This document shows positions 1 to 10,490 of a stretch of 64,000 bases of DNA, piece after piece (positions within the stretch are counted from its first letter, which is position 1; every line of letters starts with the position of its first letter). Source of the DNA: Octopus sinensis (Eukaryota); contig NC_042997.1 of NCBI RefSeq assembly GCF_006345805.1, forward strand, positions 172,236,001 through 172,300,000, given 5' to 3'. A model generated the notes under the pieces. It made no database searches and was not told the DNA's origin. It saw nothing but the letters and a program-made list of their open reading frames with translations. The translations under genes were made by a program, and so were the position numbers.

Positions 1-110
1 AATGTAGCAGCAGGCGAAATACCACTAAGCACTTCACCCAGCGTGCTAAAGTTTCTGCCAGCTCACTGCCTTGGGAAGCAAGCTTCTTACCATACAGCCA
101 TGCCTGCACC
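1..110 (-). mobile_element. Truncated tRNA-derived SINE head (73-110) fused to the 5' part of a second SINE family (1-72; continues off the window)
   Basis: The minus strand reads GGTGCAGGCATGGCTGTATGGTAAGAAGCTTGCTTCCC then AAGGCAGTGAGCTGGCAG. The two parts match the SINE heads at 26070 and 24291. Confidence 0.7.
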
Positions 111-312
111 AATATATTTATAAATAGATAATGACAGATAATGTTAGATATCTGAATTCATTGTAATCACAGCTGCAATGATACTACGATACTATAAGAC
201 TACCTGCAATGTTTTAAATGAAAGTTCTTCATGGTGGTTTTCAAGCTTCCACGATGGTGCCCCAGCATGATCGCAGCCACATGATTGAAACAAATAAAAG
301 AATAAAAGAATA

Positions 313-392
313 TAAAAACCTCTGGTCTATCAGGAATCACTGCTGAGATCTTTAAGATATCTGGTGGAGTAGGATATGCACTAGCATAGCTA
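313..392 (+). mobile_element. Short RTE LINE RT fragment
   Basis: Translates to KTSGLSGITAEIFKISGGVGYALA, matching KAPGPSRITAEMLKISGSVRYSLV in the RTE copy at 62463. Confidence 0.65.
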
Positions 393-1009
393 GAGTGTGT
401 GCCACCCAGGTAGCCCTTCAGTTTGTCAACCCTGGGCCCCCACAACAAATACATATTGCCTACAGTAGACCAAAAAGTGGTGCCATCTCCATAAAAGTGC
501 CATCCAGAGTGGACTGCCTCGTCCACCCCTGTCTTGCTATGCTAATGAGGATATGGCCTAGTCACACTTATAGTTAATGAGGTTGAACAGGAAAGCATCA
601 TACTCAATGACTGGAACACTTGCTTATAAGGCCATGTACAGGAAATAGGGTATGGCCATAGAAATTATTACAGACTCAATTTTTCCATACAGAAAGAACA
701 ATAAGGCAACTTAGCAGCAAGAATCAAAACTGGCTGCTTTGCTGAAAATGGATTCTGGCTGAATTGCTTAGACTGTATGGGGAAATTGGAAATTAGTGGA
801 TAAAAAAAAAATCAATAGGATTATAGAAACAGCTTCTTTATTAGTCCAGTTATTTTTCAATATTATTGATTTTTTAATGAAATTATTGAATGGTAAAAGT
901 AAGGCAAAGGGAGATTTCATGAGCCATTAAAATAACAAACTAAAAACTACTGTGTTGGAGTTTTGATAGATTTTTATCTAGAGTTGCATGTTATTTAAAA
1001 TATACCATA

Positions 1010-1041
1010 TATGATATGATATGATATATATAGTGATATAC

Positions 1042-1122
<81 letters not shown>

Positions 1123-1480
1123 GTATATGTATATATATGTATATATATATGTATATGTATATATATATATATGTATATATATATATGTATATAATATATG
1201 TATATATATATATATGTATATATATGTATATATATATGTATATATATATATGTATATAATATATGTATATATATATATATGTATATATATATATGTATAT
1301 AATTTTTCTGTGGTTTTTCGTGTAACCAACAATTACACGAAAAACCACAGAAAAATTATTTACCATTTTTATATATATGTATTATATATATGTATATATA
1401 TATGTGTATATATGTATATATATATGTGTGTATATATATATATAATATATATATTATATATATATATATATATATGTATG

Positions 1481-1512
<32 letters not shown>

Positions 1513-1515
1513 TGC
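1010..1515. repeat. (TA)n/(TATG)n microsatellite containing a perfect 27-bp hairpin (1299-1359)
   Basis: ATAATTTTTCTGTGGTTTTTCGTGTAA, loop CCAACAA, then TTACACGAAAAACCACAGAAAAATTAT. Confidence 0.9.
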
Positions 1516-1955
1516 ATATGAAAAATAATGAGAAAGGGTTGAAAATCCATTAAAGTTTTATACATATATATTTGTGAGCTTCAATAATGCAAAATTTTAT
1601 TTTTTAACATGAGGGATAAACATTTTATCCACTTGTTTACATATATAAAGGCAGAAGTACAAGAATATGTTTTCACATAACAGGTGTTTTCATAGAACAG
1701 TTTTAGTGAAAATATATTAGTGTATGTTTTTACAACATGAGTTTTACACAGACAACACATAAAGAGAAGGAAGAGAAAGAGATGACGTTACTTTTGCATT
1801 AAAAAAAGTAGGGAAAAAGTTTTAGTGAATAAATTTTTGTGTATGTTGTAGCCAAAAGAAGTCCATAATAGAAGAAAACTATTTAACTCACCAGGTCGCG
1901 GTTTTCACTGTTGTTCAGGTGTTCTTTCATTGTATCTAAAGACCATACATACATA

Positions 1956-2760
1956 CAAGGTGTTCCAGAAAGATTTATGCATTAATATTTCTTGATTATT
2001 CAAAATTAGCTTAAGTTAGGATTATGAAATTTGGCGTGCATGTTCTAATGTAAATTGTCACTCCATTGCAGTGATTACATTTCAAAATGACCACCTTTTG
2101 CCTTGATCATAGCCTGCAAACAAGCGATCACTGAGTTGCATAAGCATCATACCACATTTTCATCCAACTTGGCCTATGTAAACAGAAGGGCTTTCTTCAG
2201 ATCTGACACATTTGAATAGGAGTGAGCAGAAGCATTATTCTCTAAGATGAACCAGACAGTAAAGTCCAAGGGATTGATGTCTGGAGTTGAAGGAGGCTAT
2301 ACTGTCTTGTCCCAAAAACTGCTCTTTGCCCCACCTCTGTGTCAAATTGGATGTGTGGGCCGGAGCCCTGTTTTGAGTGAAGTTGTAATGGTCCCCAGAG
2401 GTTTCTGTGACCCAGGGTAACACTTTCTCATCCAAAATTTCCACATAAACTTCAATGTTGACCTTGACATCGGCATTGATGAAGATCAAGGGAGACTTAA
2501 ACCCATAAGATGCAACTGTGGCCTACACCATGAGTAAAGCTGGCTTCTGACAGTGTAAATGACTCCTGCTACCTTTGGGTAAGTCTCCTGCATTACGTGT
2601 ATAAAGCCTTTTGCTCTGCGTGTTGGTAACTACCTCTACGGAGAAGATCTCATCAGACCAGATCAACGCTTTGCTAGCATCATGCTTCATCTCAGCTAAC
2701 ATGGTTTTACCCCTGTTGAGCCATTTCTTCTTGGAAGCTGCTGAAATTAACTACTGGGAT
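1956..2760 (-). mobile_element. Decayed Tc1/mariner (maT/DD37D-like) transposon
   Basis: Minus-strand remnants ALIWSDEIFSVE, QKPALLMV*ATV..SPLIFINADVKVNIEVYVEIL and FTQNRAPAHT. A TA|CAAGGTGTTCCA TIR-like end lies at 1956. Confidence 0.7.
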
Positions 2761-2784
2761 TGTTTTTTTTTATGCAGTTACCTT

Positions 2785-3150
2785 TAAATCCTGAACACTA
2801 TCGCTGGATGGTAGGAACCTGTGTTATTGTAAAACAGCTTTCCATTTGGTTTCCTAAAGGGCTTACAGGCACCAGATTCAATGTCCATGGTCATGTCAAG
2901 GAAATCTGCTATTTTTCAGGTTGGTGTCTATTGTGACCAGTCCAAGGGAGTTCATGTTGCTCATGAGGTCCTTTCTGAGCCTATCTAGTATGTGGTCATT
3001 GCCAGCACATCATCTCTGTAAAGGCCAAAGGTAGTTGAAGGGAATTTCTTTTTTAGTATATTGAGGATGAAGAGACTAACTAGATCACATACATCAGCAC
3101 TGTAGAATGCACCCATTGCTACATCAAAGAAGCCCTCTGGGTCAGTACAT
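2785..3150 (-). pseudogene. Penelope-like RT catalytic-core remnant (frameshifted)
   Basis: Hand translation across two frameshifts: FFDVAMGAFYSADVCDLVSLFIL..FGLYRDD / LDRLRKDL / KIADFLDMTMDIESGACKPFRKPNGKLFYNNTGSYHP. This is the PLE-type FDVxMG..GLYRDD..DFLDxT..KPxRKPN..xxHP pattern. Confidence 0.8.
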
Positions 3151-3260
3151 CTGGCCCGAGCTGACCCCTTACAGAAGAGTATATATATATATATATAATA
3201 TTATTAGTGAATTGAAGAAATGGAGTTGAACGAAGATTGAACAGAAATCGTTTTATTGCA

Positions 3261-3340
3261 TTCTACACGTGTTTCGAAAGGCACAATTTACCAAATTCCG
3301 ATTGAATAAGGAGACCATATTGTGTCTTTCTCTTCAGGAA
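3261..3340 (-). ncRNA. Type-I hammerhead ribozyme in the 3' pseudo-LTR
   Basis: UUC-CUGAAGA-[GAAAGACACAAU/AUUGUGCCUUUC]-GAAACACGUGUA-GAA. Canonical core, G10.1-C11.1 pair, palindromic helix III, GUA site, and a short 3-bp helix I. Confidence 0.75.
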
Positions 3341-3933
3341 GAAATAGGAAATCCGTTGGAAAAAACAAAAACAGAACAGAGGCGGAGCAAAACAAATCGA
3401 ACGAGGCTCCTAAGAGCCCATGGCCAAACTGTTTATCAATGTATGTTGAAAACTGGTGGTGGGTGCATTGAAGGTTTTAACGGGTCAGGCAGCGGTCATT
3501 CCGGTGGGTGGGGGCATGGGGTGCTTAGATGTTCTTTGTGACCGAGACTAAAGTTCTGACTATTTAAAGAACATTAGGTGTATTATATGGGGTGAGACAA
3601 AATCTACTTAAAAACATGTGTGTGTGTACTGTTCTATGTGTTCGTATGTGCGTTTGATCACGTGGCCGTCAGTTGGTAAACAGCCCTACACAATGGTCAC
3701 TGCTGTAAAATCCGTCGGGTGGCAGAAAAAAATTTTTTTTGTGTGCGTGTGTTCGTCTAAACCTGCCTTGTCAAAGAAACCCCCCGTCGTCAAGACAAAC
3801 CCCCATTCGTCTCCCAGGAGTAATTCCCCTTGCAATGGTTAATCATATTTCTCTTAAAAGTATTTCAGAATTTATTTCCAAGGGCTATTTTGATATAAGT
3901 AGTGTAACCGGGCGCAGGTATTATTTATAAGCG

Positions 3934-5043
3934 TTATTTATAAGCAAGATAAGTATAGCGCCGCCAGTGGGGGCATCGAAAAGCCGACTGTAAAAGTCCG
4001 TTTACCATCCGGTCTCTGGCGAACAATATATGGAAGAGTTCGGAGACACAAAGGTTGCACTTCCTTCTGCCCCTGTCAAATGGGAGGGCCACCGACAAAA
4101 TTGACCATTCCAGGCTGTAGCTTGAGTTCGTATTCTTTAATCGCCATATTAGCTTGCTAAGTCCCGTGGTCTGGCATTTATTCACGTCTCGAAAAGTTGC
4201 GTAATGATTGGAGATTCGTGAGGACAATCTTGATGATGAGGCCCCGACATAAGAGTAGACATCTGAGTCCGTGTAAACCTTACATTGGTAGACGGCGTTT
4301 CTGATCTTGGAGTTCACCGACGTGAACCTTATTCTATTAGGATTAGTTTCTGAAATTAGAACTGCGTTACTGTTACTATATTTGTTGCGAGAACTGCAGC
4401 CGCTTTCTACTTTATTTTCCACTACGTCACTATTAACTAACGGAATAACCCCTGATTCTACACTATCACTCAGAGTGCTGTCATTGCTAGTGCCCGTGGT
4501 GCTGCCATTGCCGGAAACGATGCTGGAGTTGCTATTGGGGCTCTCTACCCTAGCGAGCCGAGCTGCGCTCACCTCACTACTGCCATCGCTACCGTCAATG
4601 ACATCACCCTTATTTATAACTATACCCCTAGTATATAATCCCTGGTTGGAGCTGAGATTATGAGTCACTGTACTGGCTCTCATATCATTATTACTACTAT
4701 TATTATTCCTACTGGGCGTTAAACCGGGAGCGGAAGAAGCTGTGCCTCCGGAAAAAGGTGGTAGGGTCTTAGTAAGCAGCCTATTATTATGGGAGGCGAC
4801 TATCTGGGCGAGGTTTTTAGTGTTGGAGAAAGCTATCCTAACTTTATGCGAATTAACCGTGGAGTAATATTTGGAATTTCTGGGGAAGTTATTGGCGATG
4901 GCTTGTCGAAACATGAGGGGGAGGTTAGTTCTAATCTGCTTACCAAAGGGAATTACAAACCATATATGCTTGTTCCTATTTATGTGATGGGTCGGGACGC
5001 CAGCTCTCGTGAGATCCCCCGGACCGATAATTATCCTTGTTTG
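3934..5043 (-). CDS. PLE ORF C-terminal part: linker plus GIY-YIG endonuclease (369 codons open; no RT)
   Basis: The frame is open upstream of the track Met through RNKHIWFVIPFGKQIRTN. The endonuclease shows AVYQCKV..YVG..RISNHYATF..LSKLIWRLK..W.I..CNLCVSE..MVN..CPH. Confidence 0.8.
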   Translation of the reverse strand, partial: QTRIIIGPGDLTRAGVPTHHINRNKHIWFVIPFGKQIRTNLPLMFRQAIANNFPRNSKYYSTVNSHKVRIAFSNTKNLAQIVASHNNRLLTKTLPPFSGGTASSAPGLTPSRNNNSSNNDMRASTVTHNLSSNQGLYTRGIVINKGDVIDGSDGSSEVSAARLARVESPNSNSSIVSGNGSTTGTSNDSTLSDSVESGVIPLVNSDVVENKVESGCSSRNKYSNSNAVLISETNPNRIRFTSVNSKIRNAVYQCKVYTDSDVYSYVGASSSRLSSRISNHYATFRDVNKCQTTGLSKLIWRLKNTNSSYSLEWSILSVALPFDRGRRKCNLCVSELFHILFARDRMVNGLLQSAFRCPHWRRYTYLAYK

Positions 5044-5245
5044 CTAAATTAAATGCGGGAGCGACTGCCCCAGCACCCGCCGCGCTCCCGTCACTACTTA
5101 AATTATTAATGTTATTATAGACGGCCCTATCCTGATGACCGAATGATGGCATCGGAAGGGCCGGATCAATATAAATTACCTTCTGCCTATAACCGGCCTT
5201 GGATAGTGCGGCGTTATAAAATTCTGCTTTCTGCATAAAAATATC
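4976..5245 (-). pseudogene. PLE RT thumb end, out of frame with the endonuclease part and cut by the inverted arm
   Basis: DIFMQKAEFYNAALSKAGYRQKVIY resembles the F...Y..AL..SGY...Y thumb motif. One frameshift lies near 4980-5045. Confidence 0.7.
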
Positions 5246-5498
5246 GCCCCATATAATACACCTAATATTCTTTAAATAGTCAGAACTTTAGTCTCAGTCA
5301 CAAAGAACATCTAAGCACCCCATGCCCCCACCCACCGGAATGACCGCTGCCTGACCCGTTAAAACCTTCAACGCACCCACCACCAGTTTTCAACATACAT
5401 TGATAAACAGTTTGGCCATGGGCTCTTAGGAGCCTCGTTCGATTTGTTTTGCTCCGCCTCTGTTCTGTTTTTGTTTTTTCCAACGGATTTCCTATTTC

Positions 5499-5578
5499 TT
5501 CCTGAAGAGAAAGACACAATATGGTCTCCTTATTCAATCGGAATTTGGTAAATTGTGCCTTTCGAAACACGTGTAGAA
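5499..5578 (+). ncRNA. Type-I hammerhead ribozyme, identical inverted copy
   Basis: CTGAAGA at 5502-5508 and GAAA at 5564-5567; predicted cleavage after 5575. Confidence 0.75.
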
Positions 5579-6595
5579 TGCAATAAAACGATTTCTGTTC
5601 AATCTTCGTTCAACTCCATTTCTTCAATTCACTAATAATATTAAAATTCAATTATCCGCACCAACGCACGGTTGCAACACCATATGGTTGTACCTCCAAC
5701 CGTGCTGTCTTCTGCTGTGATTTTTGCTACCAAGGTATCGGTTAAACCTTTGATTAATCTGCAACAAGATTATTCATCTTTCTATTTCACAAAATATATA
5801 TATATATATATATAACTACAGATCTAATAATGAGGGATCATCAATTTGGGCAAAATATTTTATAAGCTCTCTGTTGGCACACCAGGCTGTCATTATTGTT
5901 GAGATTAGTGAACAACTCCAAGTATTCTTATGACAAGGTCCAAGTTTATGGTTCATCACAATTCTGTCATTCAACTACGGTAGTAGTTGAATAATATTCT
6001 TGAGGCCACAATTTAGTCACATGCAGCATCTTTCAGAGCTTATCCATAATACAGGTCTTAACCAAATTGAAAACTGTTAACATTTTTTAAGAGAACTGGT
6101 CCCTAGCTACATTTTAGCAGACAAAAAATGAGATTTGGTCCAGTAGAAAAAAATTTACATCAAAATTTGTAGCAATGTTATAGGAGAGTAAGTAACGCTA
6201 CCAGTCAAGTTTTGATCTAAATAACCTTTTTTTTATTTTTAAAAACAAAGTATTTTTTAAACTTTGCTTCAAAGAAACCATGAAGAATTTCATGGTTTTG
6301 GCCCCATGCAACAAAAATTTGTATCAAAAAGTTGTGAAAAAATATAAGGCAAAAAATTGGATTTAAGGAATTTCATGGTCTCAATCTTATGCAATGAAGT
6401 TTAAAAAAAAAAAAAGTGATGAATGTTTGTTTCTCAAATTTGAGGGTAATAATACAGTTTTATACTGTTTTATGAATATAGTTCTAAAAGGGATTTTTAA
6501 TTATGTCACCGGTATCATTGAGTTAAGGAAAAAATTATCAATGACACCCCTAATTGATATATTTGACACATTATTAATTAGCACAATAACATGGC

Positions 6596-7489
6596 CTGGA
6601 AAGAACATGGATTACATGGAAAAATGCGAGCTTGAGAAATGATATTCTTAAGATTATAAAACCGGAAAAGTATAGGACAACATTTTACACTTGTAAAAGT
6701 TCAGGACAAGTTATTACATCTGGTAAAGTACAGAACAAGAAAATCTTTACTTAGAATATTACAGTTAAGGATAAAATTTGAATAATAAGAAATATTTTAT
6801 TTTAATTTACAAAGTAACATTATAATTAAAAAAGATACCGTCATTGACACACTGGAATACTTTAAAAAATGAAAGTCAGAAATACCAATATGGCTAGTTT
6901 TATGCAAAATAGAATAGTATAAATGGTAGGCAAATTCATTATGTGAAAAAATAGGCATTGGGTCAAGCCAAAAATGTGAAGACTTGGCAATGACTTAGGC
7001 AATAACTCAAGCAAATTTTGCTGTGAATTTGTTGTTATAGGTAGATATTACTGTAATGTATAAATAATTTTTGTATTATTCTATTTACTGTACTAATTAT
7101 GTACTACTACTATTTTTATAACCTATTTTCAAATTTCTAATTATTATTTAATAATTTTTTTTAAATGAATTTTTTTTAAAGTGCAAAAAATATTTTGGGC
7201 TATTTTTTATTTTTAATAGAAGTAACAAGTAATAACTTGTAATAAAATTTTTAGTTTTAATAAAAGCAAATATTTTCTAAATCTAAATATTTTAGTTGAA
7301 ATTTTATCCTTAGTTGCAATATTTTAAGTAAAAGTTTTCTTGTTACTATACCAGATGTAAAAACCTGTCCTGAACTTTTCCACATGTAATAACTTGTCCT
7401 ATACTTTTCCAGTTTTATAATCTCAAGAATATTATTTCTCTTGCTCACATTTTTTCATGTAATATTTTAAATCCATGGTTGGGTTCCAG
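6596..7489. mobile_element. Old AT-rich fold-back/MITE-like element with imperfect ~200-bp inverted arms
   Basis: 6596-6800 pairs with about 7258-7489, e.g. AGATTATAAAACCGGAAAAGTATAGGACAA versus TTGTCCTATACTTTTCCAGTTTTATAATCT. No coding trace. Confidence 0.6.
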
Positions 7490-7758
7490 TCAAACTGGTT
7501 TTTACACAGAGTAATATGTAAGAGACGGTACAAATTGTCTATATTAGAGTAAATTTGGCTTACAGCTGTTTCCAGTAGCCGTTCTAGGTACATTACTGAT
7601 CAGTTTTACTTAACAGGTCTATTGATCAGTTGATTGAACTACCTAAAAAACTAAATACTGTTTTCATCAGAGCCATTTCCTGTTATACCAAAGCAGAACA
7701 TTGAAGGAATAATACATATATGGGGAAGGGAGGAAAAGAAATTTTTAATGTGAAGATA

Positions 7759-8165
7759 GACGCAGGAATGGCTGTGTGGTAAGTAGCTTGCTTACCAGCC
7801 ACATGGTTCTGGGTTCAGTCTCACTGTGTGGCACCTTGGGCAAGTGTCTTCTACTATAGCCTCAGGCCAACCAAAGCCTTGTGAGTGGATTTGGTAGGCA
7901 GAAACTGAAAAGAAGCCCGTCGTATATATGTGTGCGTGTGTGTGTGTGTCTGTGTTTGTCCCCGCCCCCAATATTGCTTGACAACCGATGCTGGCATGTT
8001 TATGTCCCTGTAACTTAGTGGTTTGGCAAAAGAGACTGATAGAATAAGTACTAGGCTTACAAAGTATAAGTCCTGGGGGGCGATTTGCTCAACTAAAAGG
8101 CTGTGCTCCAGCATGATCTCAGTCAGATTACTGAAACAAGTAAAAAAGAAAAAAAGAAAAAGAAT
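7759..8165 (+). mobile_element. tRNA-derived CORE-type SINE (octopus OK/OR class), full length
   Basis: A-box TGGCTGTGTGG, B-box GGTTCAGTC, CORE-like CACCTTGGGCAAG, internal (TG)n and a GAAACAAGTAAAA tail. Confidence 0.85.
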
Positions 8166-8366
8166 GAAAAAGAAAATGAATGAAATACTACTGAGCATTT
8201 TACCTGGTGTGTTAACAATTCTGCCAGTTTGCCAACTTACTGGAATTATATACTGCCTCTTCTACATGACTGAAGGTAATCTGTATCCCAGTAATGTATC
8301 CTTGATGTTACTGAACCGGGAATGTTGAAATCCAAAGTTCCCTTTGATGAAATTTCAACTGAGGAT

Positions 8367-8785
8367 GCGCAGGCATGACTGTGTGGTAAGAAGTTTACTT
8401 TCCAACCACATGGTTCTGGGTTCAGTTCCACTACATAATACCTTTGGCAAGTATCTTCTACTATAGCATTGGGATGACCAAAGCTTTGTGAGTGGATTTT
8501 GTAGACAGAAACTCAAAAAAGCCAATCATGTATGTGTGTGTGTGGGGGGGGGGGGTATGTGTGAGTGTGTATTTACGTGTGTTTATGTTGTGTTTATCCC
8601 CTCACCATCACTTGACAACCGATGTTGGTGTGTTTACGTCAAATAGCAGTCAGAAAAAGAGACCTATAGAATAAGTACTAAGCTTAAAAAGAATAAGTCC
8701 TGGGGACGATTTCTTCAACTAAAACCCTTTTAAGGCAGTGCTCCAGCATGGCCACCGCCTAATGACTGAAACAAGTAAAAGATAA
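8367..8785 (+). mobile_element. tRNA-derived CORE-type SINE
   Basis: Same head, body and tail as the copy at 7759. Confidence 0.8.
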
Positions 8786-8799
8786 CAGATAACCATGTT

Positions 8800-9125
8800 G
8801 GTCAGTCTTCACTTTGAGTGCATTTATAGAGTCTGCTCTCAAAGTGAGGGACTGCAGAATAGTGAAACACATCGTGTCTAAAAACCATTGGACAACAGCA
8901 GCAAAAGTGACAGCAGAGCTCAACCACCACCTTTCCAACCCTGTGTCAACCAAAACCGTTCATTGTGAGCTCAATAAAGCTGAATACCATGAGAGGGCTG
9001 AAATTGCTAAACCCCTCCTGTCCCCTATCAACATTGATAAGTGGAAAAAGTGCTGTCTAGACTAACAGAAATGGTCAATGACGCAATGGAACAATTTCAT
9101 CTTCTTTGATGAATCATCTTTCTCA
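8800..9125 (+). mobile_element. Tc1-like transposase fragment (HTH to first catalytic Asp)
   Basis: RDCRIVKHIVSKNHWTTAAKVTAEL..VSTKTV..IAKPLL..W..FIFFDESSF. Confidence 0.75.
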
Positions 9126-9888
9126 AATGGTAAAGACAATAATTTCTGTCACAGAGGTAAGATAGTATTGCCTAACCAAAGAGAAACGCCATCATAGCTT
9201 AATAATTTATGGAGCAATCCAAAGACTCATAATTGCACAGACTTCAAATAACAACATTAGATCTTACAAATCCACATTAATCTTTGGTTATCTGAGAGAA
9301 TACATATTTGATGCTCCAAGTCACGGGTGATATTGTTTTCATGTTTATGGTTAGATCTATTATCACACAAGCAATATGCATTTTATTGGCATTTTGTCCA
9401 ACTCTGCATTGTTGATTTGCAAATGGCTGCTGATGTTAGATTACATACAGAATCAGATTAATGAAAGATGCATCCTTGAAATTACGACCACTTTAGATCA
9501 GATCATAAGAGCAAACAATATTTGCATTTTCCCATATAAAATGTTAGAGGTTGAAACTGAAGAATCTCAACATACAACAAAGCATAATACTCTAATGTAA
9601 TTAATCAATATGGCATTCAAGGGAGATTGAAACGGACTGAAAAGATTATAACTTCCCAGCTGTTGATGTAAGGGTAATGATTTTTATGAATACTGACAAT
9701 GAACAATCTTTAAAGCATGATTTTTGTGTTTAAAAATTAAGATACTCCTCTAATCAATTTTAAAATATTGATCCCCAAATCTTGACACAACAGCTTAAAT
9801 ATTGGTGAATCAGGACAGCAATTGTTCTATTATTAGTATGTGCAATATATGATTCCTCAAACATCAGTAAAAGACTTTTTATTTCTAA

Positions 9889-10279
9889 CTAGCAGTATCA
9901 CCCAGCATTGCTTGGGTTTGTTTCAACCCTTTAGAATTGGAATTTTTGAAAAGTAAAACTTTTGCATTATGTAGCTTTTTATTCTCTTTAAGTGAACAAT
10001 TTTCTGGTTGAAATACACCGACAAATGGTGTCACAGCAGTCATAAAATCGTAAAAAATAGGGATTTTCATTGAAAAAAAAGCACCTTTTTGATGTAAATA
10101 ATTTTTGGTCTTAACATGGTCCGATTTGAATTTTATCTTCTACGGAATGAAGAGCAAGCCTTCTTCTATCATACTCTGAATTTTGGTCAACTTGCACTGC
10201 AGGGTCTCGGAAAAGATAGTGTTAGTTGAAGGCTACCAAACCTGCCATACACAGACAACTTCAGCTTTATATATATAAA
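9889..10279 (-). mobile_element. Non-autonomous Helitron, 391 bp
   Basis: The 3' end has hairpin CCCAAGCAATGCTGGG followed by GATACTGCTAG|T. The 5' end is A|TTTATATATATAAAG. Both ends are homologous to 60596-60986. Confidence 0.75.
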
Positions 10280-10334
10280 TATTTACAAGCAAGGCCAGCA
10301 ATTTTTTGAATAAGTAGGCATTAGTCAATTAATT

Positions 10335-10490
10335 GACCTTCAGTGGTTGAGCGGTAAATTATTTTATTGACCTTTGAAAGATGAAAGACAAAATTAACCT
10401 TCATAGGATTTGAACTCTGAATGTAAATCACCAGAAGAAATACTGCAAGAAAGTTATCCTCATGCTCTGACAATTCTGCTAATATACTAT
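10335..10490 (-). mobile_element. Decayed SINE (family of 24291)
   Basis: Reverse-complement similarity to the CAGAGTTCAAAT..GCCTTTCATCCTTTCGGGGTC segment. Confidence 0.5.

Larger units (their letters stand above)
3196..5793 (-). mobile_element. 5'-truncated Penelope-like retroelement (probably Hydra-type, C-terminal GIY-YIG) with inverted pseudo-LTRs, between (TA)n tracts
   Basis: Inverted arms 3196-3595 and 5244-5643 (about 400 bp; 4 transitions seen). The interior encodes the RT-thumb end, a linker and a GIY-YIG domain. (TA)n lies at 3180-3195 and 5794-5812. The right arm continues about 150 bp beyond the paired region. Confidence 0.85.

Noticed and set aside
2645-2670. CTGATGA on the minus strand
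   Set aside because: It is the coding sequence for WSDE in the Tc1/mariner remnant.
3934-5043. Naiad-type or selenoprotein PLE
   Set aside because: The endonuclease is C-terminal to the RT thumb and there is no in-frame TGA.
3269-5570. Twin 90-aa ORFs at 3269-3541 and 5298-5570
   Set aside because: They are duplicated only because they lie in the inverted arms, are antisense to the ribozyme, and show no protein motif.
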